From the NCBI GenBank assembly GCA_022813965.1, contig JALDZS010000134.1:49888-69887 (forward strand): DNA of 20,000 nt, given 5' to 3'. Both the position numbers and the translations under genes were made by a program. Below, piece by piece: positions 1 to 10,442 of the stretch (positions are counted from its first letter, which is position 1; every line of letters begins with the position of its first letter). A model generated the notes under the pieces. It did no database searches, had not been told where the DNA came from, and worked only from the letters and a program-made list of their open reading frames with translations. Origin of the DNA: Toensbergia leucococca (taxonomy: Eukaryota).

Positions 1-65
1 TACCTATTCTATGTTACTTGTACATCTTCAAGTCCGGAAGTCCGGAGTTTTCCAATGACGTGAGT

Positions 66-1170
66 CTAGCTCTCTTTATCTTCTTCAGACCCTTCTTCTA
101 CCTCGTCTTCTTTGTCGATCTTGGTACCATTAACATTCTTCTCTACTTCTGGTATCAAGCTTTCCATGAATTCCTTATCCTTGCCTACAAGTGTCACTGT
201 GTTCATCGCCTTGCCCCATCGTGGGTAGCTGCCCACCTTCACACCTTTTGGCTCCACCCTTGCTGCCAATTCTGTTAAATACCCTGCTACTGCACTTTCA
301 GCCAGTGGCGTCGAGAACAGTAATCGGTAAATTCCCTTTCCTTCTGGATCCGTCAAGCGCGGTAATAGCAAAGGCTTCAACCCATCCAAAAGCTGCGTAA
401 ATAGCCTGGGTACACCCGGTAGTATATGAATGTTTCCATTCACGACGTTTATCGGAACCCAAAGCTTTTCATCCACGAACAACGCTTGGCTTTTCTCGTC
501 TCTTGTCTCGTCGATCGGCAGTCTGATCATTCGTAATTTAGCTTCCAAGGCTGGGGAAGGTTCGTCATATGAAAAATTTGGCTGTGAGGGATGAGGTTTC
601 GAAAGAGCTTTCATACGCCGTAACGCATCTTCATGTAGTTTAAGTTTCAGACCGAATGCCTTGGCTATCGATTCGTAGGTAATATCATCGTGTCTAAGAT
701 TTTCAGATTTAGGATTTACCGTCAATAAAGCGTTGGCCAGGCATACTCACGTTGGTCCAATTCCTCCGCTCGTCACGACAAAGTCATAGTTCTCACTCAT
801 CCGTCTCACTGCCTCTACTATTTCGCCCTCGTCGTCTGCAATGACCTCTATCCGCTTCAGATTCATGCCAAGCGAGAAGCAGAACTTGGCCAAGTATGCG
901 GAGTTGGTGTCGACCGTCTGAGACGATAAGACCCATCAGCTGCACGCTTGCTCCTAACTACACTAATCTCATGTGTACCTTTCCACCAAGCACTTCATCG
1001 CCAATTATAATACATCCGGCTGTATGTATCATGCGCTTGCTCCTTTCTTCTGCTAGTGATGTCATGCTGCCGCTTCCAAAGGCTATCCGTGATGCTGCGG
1101 CAGACTTATGGGCGTAATTTGGGAGGGGTCGAGAGAGATGTCGAGACAGTTGGCTTAGTCGAGCGAACAT
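66..1170 (-). CDS. Molybdopterin-binding (MoCF_biosynth/CinA-like) domain protein, FPY1/YMR178W-like putative FAD pyrophosphatase. Exons 1170-979, 917-751, 693-66
   Basis: The spliced product contains the family motifs IIIGDEVLGGK|TVDTNS, SGGIGPT|HDDITYESIAKAF and NIHILPGVPRLF. Introns 978-918 (GTACAC..CAG) and 750-694 (GTGAGT..TAG) restore the frame. TAG stop at 68-66. Confidence 0.88.
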
Positions 1171-1375
1171 TGGGGTGTGTATGTAGGTTGGATGAAGTTG
1201 CACAAAGCCCGGCACGTGTGCATTAGTTCTAGCTCTTGCTGGGGAGGATTTATGTGGGGTTGACAGGTACCTTAGGCGAACGTAATCGGCGTCTAGATTC
1301 TATGCTGCTAGGCTGCCTGTCGCTATCAGAACCAAGAATTTGTTCCACCGCCTCATCCCGTGAAGAAGGCAAATT
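1171..1375. promoter_or_regulatory. Short shared (bidirectional) promoter region between divergent genes
   Basis: Only 205 bp separate the minus-strand ATG (1170) from the plus-strand ATG (1376). Confidence 0.55.
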
Positions 1376-1999
1376 ATGGTAAAAAGCCTCAATACTAGCC
1401 GTTCTCCGAAAATGGGCTAAGAATACTAGTCCTCAGAATCACGGCTATATACCTTCTCGCCCGAAACCAAAGAGAAACTGCGGAAATTCCGACTAGGCAC
1501 CTCGAGGGCAAAAGATCCTCAAGCAGTGATATGTACGTCTGGAACTTTGACACTACGCACCACTCGGTGTAGGATCAAAAGGCCACGTTCAAGGATTGTC
1601 GCTGAAACACTCTCATGTGTCAGATCAGATCGATAAGCACACACTTGAGATCGCCCAGGCCGACGATGAAATCTATACCAACATGCAAGAATTAGCAGGC
1701 GAGTTACCGGATCACTCGCCACGCTATGTCTTGCTCAGCTACCCCTTGACCTTGGTTCGAAGCCTTTGTTTAGGCGAGATGCTGCTTCTGTCCAGCTGAC
1801 AATATGCTAGCCGTCCGGGCGGTTATCTGTTCCTTATGTGATGCTTTACTATTTACCCGTTACGTGCAACGCTGAGTCGAGAATGCTGTACGCAGGGGCA
1901 AAAGAGTTGATGAGAAATACTGCTGAGGTGGGAAAGATTATTGAAATGTCTGAGGCGGAGGACTTAGAGGCTATTGAAGCGAAACTTTTGGGCGAATAG
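1376..1999 (+). CDS. AIM7: Glia maturation factor (GMF, ADF-H/cofilin fold; Arp2/3 regulator), 141 aa. Exons 1376-1378, 1430-1532, 1624-1754, 1811-1999
   Basis: Spliced translation MSSESRLYTFSPETKEKLRKFRLGTSRAKDPQAVIYQIDKHTLEI...ELPDHSPRYVLLSYPLTLPSGRLSVPYVMLYYLPVTCNAESRMLYAGAKELMRNTAEVGKIIE...LLGE* matches fungal GMF in motifs and length. All three introns are GT-AG and exon lengths sum to 426 nt. Confidence 0.92.
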
Positions 2000-2274
2000 T
2001 ATGAATGGAATGGACATCCAGTTGTTCATTGCGAGATGAAGTCGAATTCAAGATTCTTCCATTTCCAATATTGATATAGCTATCAGGAGTCTCACGTGAA
2101 GGGTCCTCATTCGTCCGAGTCGTATCATCACCTTCGAAGCCTCTCTATTACAAAGTCTTGGGCGTCGAAAGTCGAATTGTTATATCGAGTCTATCTGGTC
2201 TGTATATTTGACGGCTTCTTATACATCGCTCCTCCAGTCCCTGCCTTAAGGATGGTCAGCCATGATGAAACCCC

Positions 2275-3511
2275 CTAAGATTTCTTATGCATCACAGTTG
2301 CAGCAGCCTATTTCTCCGCGTTAGATGTTAAAGCGATCATACGGAACGATGCAAACATAAGAGCGTTGACGTATACAGGAGGCTTCGCATACAGAAAAAT
2401 TCAAACACGGAAAATTAAGATTAACTTACTTGATGGTTAGGGTAAATCAATGTATCTGCAATCACTACATTCTCCCGTCTCGAAGCACTGAATACAACAA
2501 CCTCGGCAATATCGTTGGGAGTCAATGGCTCACACCCCCTATCATTTCATTAGCCTGATATCTATAATTATGCGGTAGACTCACGCATAAACAGCGTCAG
2601 CTTTTGCTTTGTCGCCGTAGAATCGGACGACGGAGAATTCCTGAAACGTCCCTTAGTATGGTCTTCATCCAGGAATCAGTCAAGTCAAGCAGGCCTGACT
2701 CGTTCCTTACAGTCTCCACTTGACCCGGATCAATCTCAATCACGCGTATCCTCGTAGCAACCAATTCTCTTCGCATAGCGTCAGTAAAGCTCCGTATTGC
2801 GGCTTTTGTGGCACAGTAGATGGAGCCTCCAGGATATGGTTCTCTGCCTGCAATGCTACCAATATTGATAATATCTCCTTGACCTCCGTCTTCTCTTTTC
2901 TTGAAAATGGGTAAAATTGCTTGGGTCATGTTGATTAACCCTGTGACATTGGTTGCGAACATCACATTGATGTCCTCTTCTACAATATCCGGAGCCTTTG
3001 CGGTACCTTTTACAAGGCCGCTAGCAATTAACAGATCAGCATTAACCAAGTACCTTAGGTCGATAATCTAGGCATTTGCGTACGCATTATTGATAAGCAC
3101 ATCAATTTCCTTGAACTCTGCAGGCAACGATTCCACGAATCCACGCACTTCTTCTGGGTTGCTGACATCTAACTTCACAGGCAGAATCTTGACACCTTCT
3201 CCCACCTCTTCCTTGATCTCTTGGGCTATTTGTTTCAGAGTATCAATTCTCCGTGCGGTCAAGATTAGTTTGAGGTTCTTCGGAGACGTTCGGGCAAATT
3301 CCATGGCTGTACTTTTCCCAATACCCGAAGAGCTACCTGTAATGACAATTGTCTTGCCTTCCAAGCGTTTCCCCATAGCTGTGGCCATTGCGCGCTTTCC
3401 TATGCTGAATATGGACGTTAGTCTCGGCGGAATTAAACGATTTGAGATTAAAGATAGTGGAGAAGGCTGCCCGGTGGTGATGAGGCGGCGGCAGATACGT
3501 AATGGGAGCAT
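2275..3511 (-). CDS. NADP-dependent short-chain dehydrogenase/reductase, YMR226C/YdfG-like (3-hydroxy acid/serine dehydrogenase). Exons 3511(or 3388)-3084, 3020-2711, 2640-2585, 2538-2430, 2307-2275
   Basis: Rossmann motif ITGSSSGIG, LINNA|G, catalytic YCATK, [43 protein letters not shown] and C-terminus AAATVMHKKS*. Four GT-AG introns. 270 aa from ATG 3388; an upstream in-frame ATG at 3511 adds 41 aa. Confidence 0.92.
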
Positions 3512-4416
3512 GAAAATATTCAAACGATAGGTTTGAATTGAATCATGGGTCTCAATACGTAGAAGTCACTACTTAGTGGTGAATCAGAGACAACGATAAT
3601 GTTCTTGCAGGAGGGCGCTCCGGATATCTAGCCGCCGTTGACGCAGGAAGATAAAGATAGCGGGGTTGGGGGAACGAGTACGGCTAGGTAACATCTTACG
3701 ATAATTTGGTAGGTCAGCAGCTCTCTCCATATTTTAACGGGCGAGGAAGAATGGGTAATCTTGGATGAAAAACTACCTTGCTCATTGACCTTTGCATTTC
3801 TGCGGTTGCCGGGAGATGACTGGTGCTCAATTGGATGCACTTTGCCCTCCGAGAAGCCTGGGCGGAAAAAAAATCGATCTTCCTTGCACGTCAAGCAAGT
3901 TATCAGAAGAAGTCTGAGAAGTATATGGTACTGGTGAATCGGAAGCTCCTATCAGTATTGTTTCAGCTCCCATGAGTCTGTCTCGTGTTTCTCTTACTAT
4001 GTGAATGTTGGCGGTCCGTTGAAAGGGCCAATTGCAAAAAGCCAAAAAGTCACTGACAGGCTGCAACGTGTGTTCAAAGCTTTGAGGGCATCGATTAGTG
4101 TGCTGATGCCATCAGGTGAGTAGCCTTGTTACTGCTAGAGTCTTTCCGCCTCTTAGGGTTCATCAGAGTTTCAATAAAAATAGTTCCGTTATCCCTTCTT
4201 CTGCTGGTCTAAAACGGCATGATGCTCTAATTCGCTATTTTAAAGTCCCCTTTTCCAGCAAAATCAGTGCCAGTCAAACGAAAGCCATCGGCGAAAAGAT
4301 TATCGTTGTCGGGCTACCAACTTATGCCTAGCATGAGAAAGTCATATCACAGCAAGAAAAGTATCAGCCAAGACTTGTAGGGGAGACAGCCTTCATTACC
4401 CTCTTGCTAGGTAGAT

Positions 4417-5154
4417 CTAGACCCACAATTTCGTATCGTTGCTAAGGTCATCCGCCGCCCAAATTTCAAGACTTGCTGACCTCACGTTTGCCCACGCAGG
4501 AGACCTTGCACATGCCATCAAGACCAGTCTATCACCCTCGACCATGTCATCATATATATCATGACCTTTATACAGCTCAATGGTGTAATTTTCCCATCTG
4601 CATCCAGTATGCTTGTTGTGAGCTACGCGATACTTCCTTGGTGCCCGACCATTGTGGTACCTGTCTCCTAACGGCAAGTGCTTATATTCGTTTGAATCCT
4701 CTGCTTTCTTTACATCTACCTGAACAGTCGCTCCGAAAGATTCGTCTTTAGAGAAAATCGGTGGGCTATCATTTAGGAGGACGGCATCAAACCAGGTCCA
4801 AACATAGCCATAGTTTCCGGAGTACCAGCTTCGTCCCTGATCCTTGCTGGTGAATTTGAAAACGATCTTCCGAATGCTACTAATCTTCTTTGGGGTTAAT
4901 TCTGGCGATGAGAGAACGATCTTATCCCCGCGGCCTTCATCAGTAACATCAGGAACCTGAAAGTCTTGAGTATCTAAAGAAGTGGCAAATACGGAAGACC
5001 ACTTCTCCGCGTAGTCAACGATTTTTATGGCCAGCTCTGGAGGAAGAGGTTTTACTAGGGAAGGCGAAGACAGAATCGAGTAGATTTCAAGGTTGTCTTC
5101 ACGACTTGGAGTGTAGAATAGAGGCTCTGAGGCTGCTCCTTGATTGAAACCCAT
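4417..5154 (-). CDS. Uncharacterised fungal protein (245 aa) with N-terminal F-box-like helix and Trp-rich S-x-DQG domain
   Basis: Intronless ATG-initiated ORF with LPPELAIKIVDYAEKW, IVFKFTSKDQGRSW, YVWTWFDA and GDRLVLMACARSPAWANVRSASLEIW. These resemble a recurrent fungal hypothetical family, recognised from memory and not searched. Confidence 0.7.
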   Translation of the reverse strand: MGFNQGAASEPLFYTPSREDNLEIYSILSSPSLVKPLPPELAIKIVDYAEKWSSVFATSLDTQDFQVPDVTDEGRGDKIVLSSPELTPKKISSIRKIVFKFTSKDQGRSWYSGNYGYVWTWFDAVLLNDSPPIFSKDESFGATVQVDVKKAEDSNEYKHLPLGDRYHNGRAPRKYRVAHNKHTGCRWENYTIELYKGHDIYDDMVEGDRLVLMACARSPAWANVRSASLEIWAADDLSNDTKLWV

Positions 5155-7419
5155 AGATGACTACAGATTTTCGAAATGCGTCTTCTGTGGATATTCGGAC
5201 GTTAGGCTTTAGGTCAGGATAAAAGATATCGGGACTGCAATGATATAGTCTTTCCTGATAGACCTTCGCATTGTCCCAGGCAGCGAGGTAGCACAAGGCA
5301 AACGTTAGCCAATCGCGAAGGTGTGCCACACAAAAAGTTTCATCTCTCCAAAGACCACGACTATAGTAGGGCGTAATTTGAGGGCATCTAACTGGACTGA
5401 TAGATCATACTCGGATTAGTTAGACGATGAGCTGATCAATAATGAAAGGCTTGTAGTATCCCACGCCATGTTCGGTACTCCCATCAACGCCCCCCACGAA
5501 AAATCCATCAGGCAATAATGAGGCCGCAGCGAGGCTGGACACACCGGTCCTGACACCGGGCGCAATGTCGCAAAGGTGAAGGCAATATTTTCGACCAAAT
5601 CTGCGCATGTTTCTCAATCGTTATGCCCCCACCTCTATCTCTTGCAAAACATGGATTTTGTGGTCTCCTCATCCTTGCTTTTCTTTTTGTCCTTGCATCT
5701 TAAAATTCATGGACACACCACTACCTCCACCTGTGTCTCCTTTAAAGCTCTCTGGTCCTGCATGTTTATAGATTGCAAGTTTGAGGGCGTGAGTAGCGTC
5801 ATGGGTAGTGTAGAGCTCTCCCTCCAACGCAGGGGCGAGAAGCATTATGAGTGGTGGGTGCGCGACAGCGATACTGAAGGGGTGGGTAAGCTGCGGCGAC
5901 GTGCAAGGCGTCCTGCCTCGCCGAAATCAGGAAGTCTGGGTCAGAATTTTTCGCTAACCAGCCCTACGGAAGTTTAGGCAACGTCCGAGGGTCAGCACTC
6001 TCAGTGACGAAGGAAAAATCGTAAATAGATTAAACGATTTACAGAGTGAAGGAAACTTTGAACAAATTCGAAACTCAGAGGTAGTAAACAAGATAAATCC
6101 TCCTGCTGGGCGATTTTCTGCGCTTGTCCCAATAAATTTCGATCACATTTGATCTCCGCCTATTCTACTTTTTGCCGATTTCCGTTCGCACCCTCGCTCT
6201 TTGTGATAGCGCTGTAGCGCTGTGGCGCTCCTCCACAACGTAAAGACTTCTTACCAACCGAACGCCTCCTGCCAGCCGATTGGTCAATGTTGCGAGGGGC
6301 AAAGGGCTTGGGAACTAGGTAGACTTTGCATGTGCATCATGAGAGAACGAGCCGCCCCGGGGATGCAGTTCGTGCTGCCGAATGTCCTACCAGAGAGCCA
6401 GCACTGCCAGGCTACCTTACGGTCCCGCTACAAGGTCTCTTCTTCATCATGATGATTATCGCTTGAGCGTCTGGTCTTTCAGACTGGGAAGGACCTTCAG
6501 GATGAATACGAATGGCGTCCGATAGATGCTTCTCGGCAGAATAAATCTCTCACACCCTCTCAAGAAATCAGGACAACAGACAAAGCCTCAAACAAGTGTC
6601 TGGCCCCTTTTCACAAGCTGCTGTCAGCTGTGTGCGTTGTCACATTAAGAACAACTAGGTAATCACGTAATGACCCTGAGTCGCAGAGTCGGTAGGCTTT
6701 CAGCTACGGAATACAAGGGCATGGCGGACCGAGCCGTCTTGCTTACACTTGGAGCTCCTTCCCGCTTCCCCATGAAATGATGCTGGGTCATAGTCCGCAG
6801 CTACTGGACAATGCCTTTCGCCTGAGTACCAAATGACCGCGGCATCAGTGGTTAAATGAATACAATTGGAAAGGGCCTTGGTTATCCACACAAATACAGG
6901 TTCAAAACACCAAAGGAAAGGCGGAAGCAGCACCTCTAGAGTAGTTCGACTCTCGCAAAATTTCAAAGGGTAACACAGAGAAACAGGTTGAGACAGTGAG
7001 TGCAGTGCTCATGGCAAATAAGCGTCATGCAATGCTTCCCTTTACCCTAGTTGAAACTCCCATTGTGATATAACTTCATTCATGATCAACGCTGACTGAA
7101 CCTCGCCCATGGTCACTCATATCAAACCAAAACCTACATGCTGAGTGTCACTAAGCTGCAGACCCAGAGCCTCGCATCGCCCCTAAAACTACTACAGCTG
7201 ACATCAAGACAAATCGAAGAAAAATGCAATTCACTGACACCAAATTTGCCCTCTCACCCCTCTCACTTGATCCCCTTGACAAAAGCCCCATCACGAAACA
7301 TACCCTCCCCAAGCCTAAAGACCACCCGTAAACCAAGACTCAAAAACCGCACCCATCGACTTCAAGCCTCAGAAGCCCCATGTAAACACGAGCCTCCGTA
7401 AACCATTGAAACCCACAGA

Positions 7420-8380
7420 CCTTAATTCAATCCCAGCAGTATCAACAAAAAGAACACACACAACAGTCAAAACAATTCATCACTTTCATATTTACTTCAA
7501 AGCTAACGTCTTGACTGAACACCTTAACAGCTAAGCGCAGGTTTTTAAAACAGAAGAAAAAGAATAGAGAAAACAAAAAGACAATTAATTACTCTATTTG
7601 AATAGAAGATATATTCAAGATAAGAAAGAAGTGAAGAAATTGTATACAAAAGACATAATTTCATTTTTTTCATAACTAATCTTATAAAAAAAAAACATTG
7701 AAGACATGTAGAAATCAAAACACATCATTATTCAAAATAAAAAATCCCTCCTCTGCACACAAAAGATAAAAAAAAGAAAAGAAACCACGCCGAGGGCAAG
7801 ACACTCCTCAAAGTCCAAAACCAGAAGAATCATTCAAATCACCAAGATACCCTCAAAACTCAATTCATCCCTCGCCTCGCCCCCAGCAGCTCAGACATCC
7901 ATTCATTCAATTAAGAAAAGTCTCACCTACCTAGCTAGCAACATTCACCCTCCCCCCGAATCAACCACCCTCACATGAAAAACAAAATTCCTACATGAAA
8001 AAAAACCAAAAAAATATTCATGTAAAGACTACCCCCCTTTTTTACGAAGAGGGAAAAAAGTAGCTGACAGGCCTAAGCCATACATTCTAAAAGCACCCCA
8101 ATCAGCATTCCTAGAGTACTTACAGAAAAGAATAACAGAACCCAGATGCCATACCCAGCACCTGACCTCAGCACCACTACCATCCCTAGGTATATAGAAT
8201 AGAATTAACAATAAATCAGAAACCATAAAACCCAAAAATCCCTCAAAAAACACTCAAAAGATTCAATAACAAAAGAATCCAAAATTCATACCATAACATT
8301 CATTCCGAAAATCATAAAAAGAAGAGTATATCATCAAGTAACATTCTCAAACCACAAACCTCCCCGCCAACCCTTCCCCG
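7420..8380. other. Low-complexity A/C-rich, G-depleted (plus strand) tract downstream of the Cys-repeat gene
   Basis: Example: 8221-8280 contains 2 G and 16 C in 60 nt. Many A runs and no credible ORF. Confidence 0.7.
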
Positions 8381-8384
8381 CAGA

Positions 8385-9620
8385 TCAGGCAGCCGACGCC
8401 TGCGGACTCAAATCTAACCTCCGCATCCTCTCCTCCACACTCCCCACAGCCTCCTCATCCAGCCCCTCCGGCGGCCTCCTCGGCGGTGACCGCGGACACT
8501 CGTCGCAGCGCTCATGACCGCAACTGGCGCATAATTTCTCGTCCTCTTTGAAAGTCGTGGAGCAGGTGTGGCATGTGTAGCGGATGCGGGTTCGGATGGT
8601 GCGTAAGTGGCGCTCGGCAAGGGGGTAGGTTTCTTCCCTGTCGCCGGGATAGCCGTTGGGGTGTTTGCTGAGTTTAGGTCTGTTGGGAGGGGTATTAGTG
8701 TTTTTAGATCTTTGTAAGGGGTAAAAGGGAGCAACTTACGGTTCGCGGGGACATTGGGAACAGCGATCGTGTTTGCAGCTTTCGCAGGTGATGGCTTTAC
8801 CGTGGAAGAGTGTAGCACATAGGTGGCAGGTTCTACGGACGCGCTGCACCGGGCCTTTTCGAACTATTTCTTTGCCTGTTACGCGGGAGGTCATGGTAAG
8901 AGGTCTATTACGGGACGATGTCTTCATCCGCGAGAGATCGACGGCGATTATCGGCGGAATTGCTACGGGCTGGCCTCTGACTTCTGGATCTTTGGACTTT
9001 TTGGCTGGGAACCTGGGGCATTTCTTGCAACGAGTGTGTTGGCAGAAAATGCAGATTTTCTCGGCGCCAAAGGTGGTTTGACAGCGATGGCATTGGCGAT
9101 GGACACGCATGCGAATCTTCTTCTCTACTCTTTCGGCATCCGCTCTGGCTGACGTCGTCCATTCACTAGGTTCTAGGGTCAGGCCATATCTTGCGAATAG
9201 AGCGCGAGCTCTTTCTTGCTGGCTTCTGGTGCTTGTCAGGGCACTTGGTCCATCCCGAACGTTCGTTGTCATTCCGCTGGGCCTGATGTCTCGGATGGAT
9301 TGTTGGATAGCGGCTGGGACCGAAGGCGTTGGACCGGGCTGGGCAGGGGTTTCCAGTATTGCAGGAGGACTGAGATCATGTCAGTGAGATTCTTCGAGGG
9401 GAAATTCATGTCGATTAACTCACCTGATCAATTGAGGAGCTGCACTTGGCCCAGCTGAAGCAGTAGGACGGTTTGTTGGCCCAGGTTCGGGTATGCCAGA
9501 AATGGGAGCTCGATTGGAGCTTCCCCTCCTCAGAACCTTACTCGCCCGTCGTATGAACTTTGTAAAACCTTTGCTCTTCTCTTCTGGTGGCCCTGATCCA
9601 CCCGGGGCAGAAGAACTCAT
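8385..9620 (-). CDS. Uncharacterised 373-aa protein with three Cys6-His putative zinc-binding repeats. Exons 9620-9424, 9369-8740, 8679-8385
   Basis: Introns 9423-9370 (GTGAGT..CAG) and 8739-8680 (GTAAGT..CAG) join three frames into 1122 nt ending ...LDLSPQASAA-TGA. Repeats: CHRCQTTFGAEKICIFCQHTRCKKCPR, CHLCATLFHGKAITCESCKHDRCSQCPR, CHTCSTTFKEDEKLCASCGHERCDECPR. Confidence 0.85.
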
Positions 9621-10411
9621 GATGGATTAGGTGTCGCCGGCATCAATGGTGGGTGTTTAGTGCTGATAGTAATCGAGTCGAAGGTGATGTCAAGACTAAA
9701 GATATGGGTCACTATAATATATTTGGTCGGCTGTTGAGGTTGGAGGAACAACAAGGATATCAATGTCGATAATTGTATCCAGCACACGGAAATATGATCG
9801 TGGTACGAATTCACGATGTAAGGAACGACGGTCCACAAGGCCGTCACTGAAGCATGTACCCGAGCTCGGTACGACGTCGGCGCAACCGAGATCTGATATT
9901 CTGATGGGAACCAAAAAAAGCAATCGTGGAAGTTGAAAGATTCGGCTCAACGAGTTGAAGAATTAAAGAGGGTGAAAAGGGCTGCGATTGAGATGCAGGC
10001 GTTAGTAAAATTTAGTGGAAACGAATTCACTGCAGGAGGGGTTTTTCTGTCTTCTTGGCGCGCGCGCCGACGAGGATATGTGGGCTTAAGGAGGGAGGTC
10101 GGATCATGGATCAAACTGACATGGTTCGGGTCGGGTTTGATGGAGCTGTGGGACAGTGGAGAGCGGCACTGTGGCAGAGGCACCAGTGGTAAAAGTGGAA
10201 TTCAATATTTGCTGGGGTGGTTCTGGTGGAAGGCGGGTCGAGGGGTGGTTCTTCACACAAATGGCTAGGCGAAGCCGAGCTACCTCACTTACCCTGTCGG
10301 ATGTGACAAATATCTAATTAGAATAGGCTAATTAAGCGTGCGACGGACTTCCCTCTAAATTCTCAGCGCGAAGGGCGTTTATTAGGTATTCAATTACATT
10401 GCAGAACCGTT

Positions 10412-10442
10412 GGAAAAGTAGAAAAGTGGAAAAGTGGAAAGG
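10412..10442 (+). repeat. Short imperfect tandem repeat of (G/A)GAAAAGT, about 4 units
   Basis: Sequence ggaaaagt-agaaaagt-ggaaaagt-ggaaagg in the divergent intergenic region. Confidence 0.55.

Noticed and set aside
18..400. Plus-strand ORFs of 86 and 69 aa
   Set aside because: Antisense shadows of the MoCF-domain gene with no recognisable motifs.
3090..3530. 146-aa plus-strand ORF
   Set aside because: Antisense to SDR exon 1; open antisense frames are common in SDR genes.
3628..4331. Short ORFs between the SDR and the 245-aa gene
   Set aside because: Non-ATG starts, no motifs, and no splice pattern joining them.
5099..5977. Several short ORFs as possible upstream exons of the 245-aa gene or a decayed gene
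   Set aside because: Frames contain repeated stops, no consistent exon chain could be built, and no family was recognised. BLASTX would be needed.
6222..7401. ORFs of 61-88 aa
   Set aside because: No coding signature or homology recognisable; the 7138-7401 ORF reflects A/C compositional bias.
8414..8818. 134-aa minus-strand ORF as the terminal exon of the Cys-repeat gene
   Set aside because: Wrong frame. Splicing 8740/8679 uses another frame that encodes the third Cys repeat and stops at 8385.
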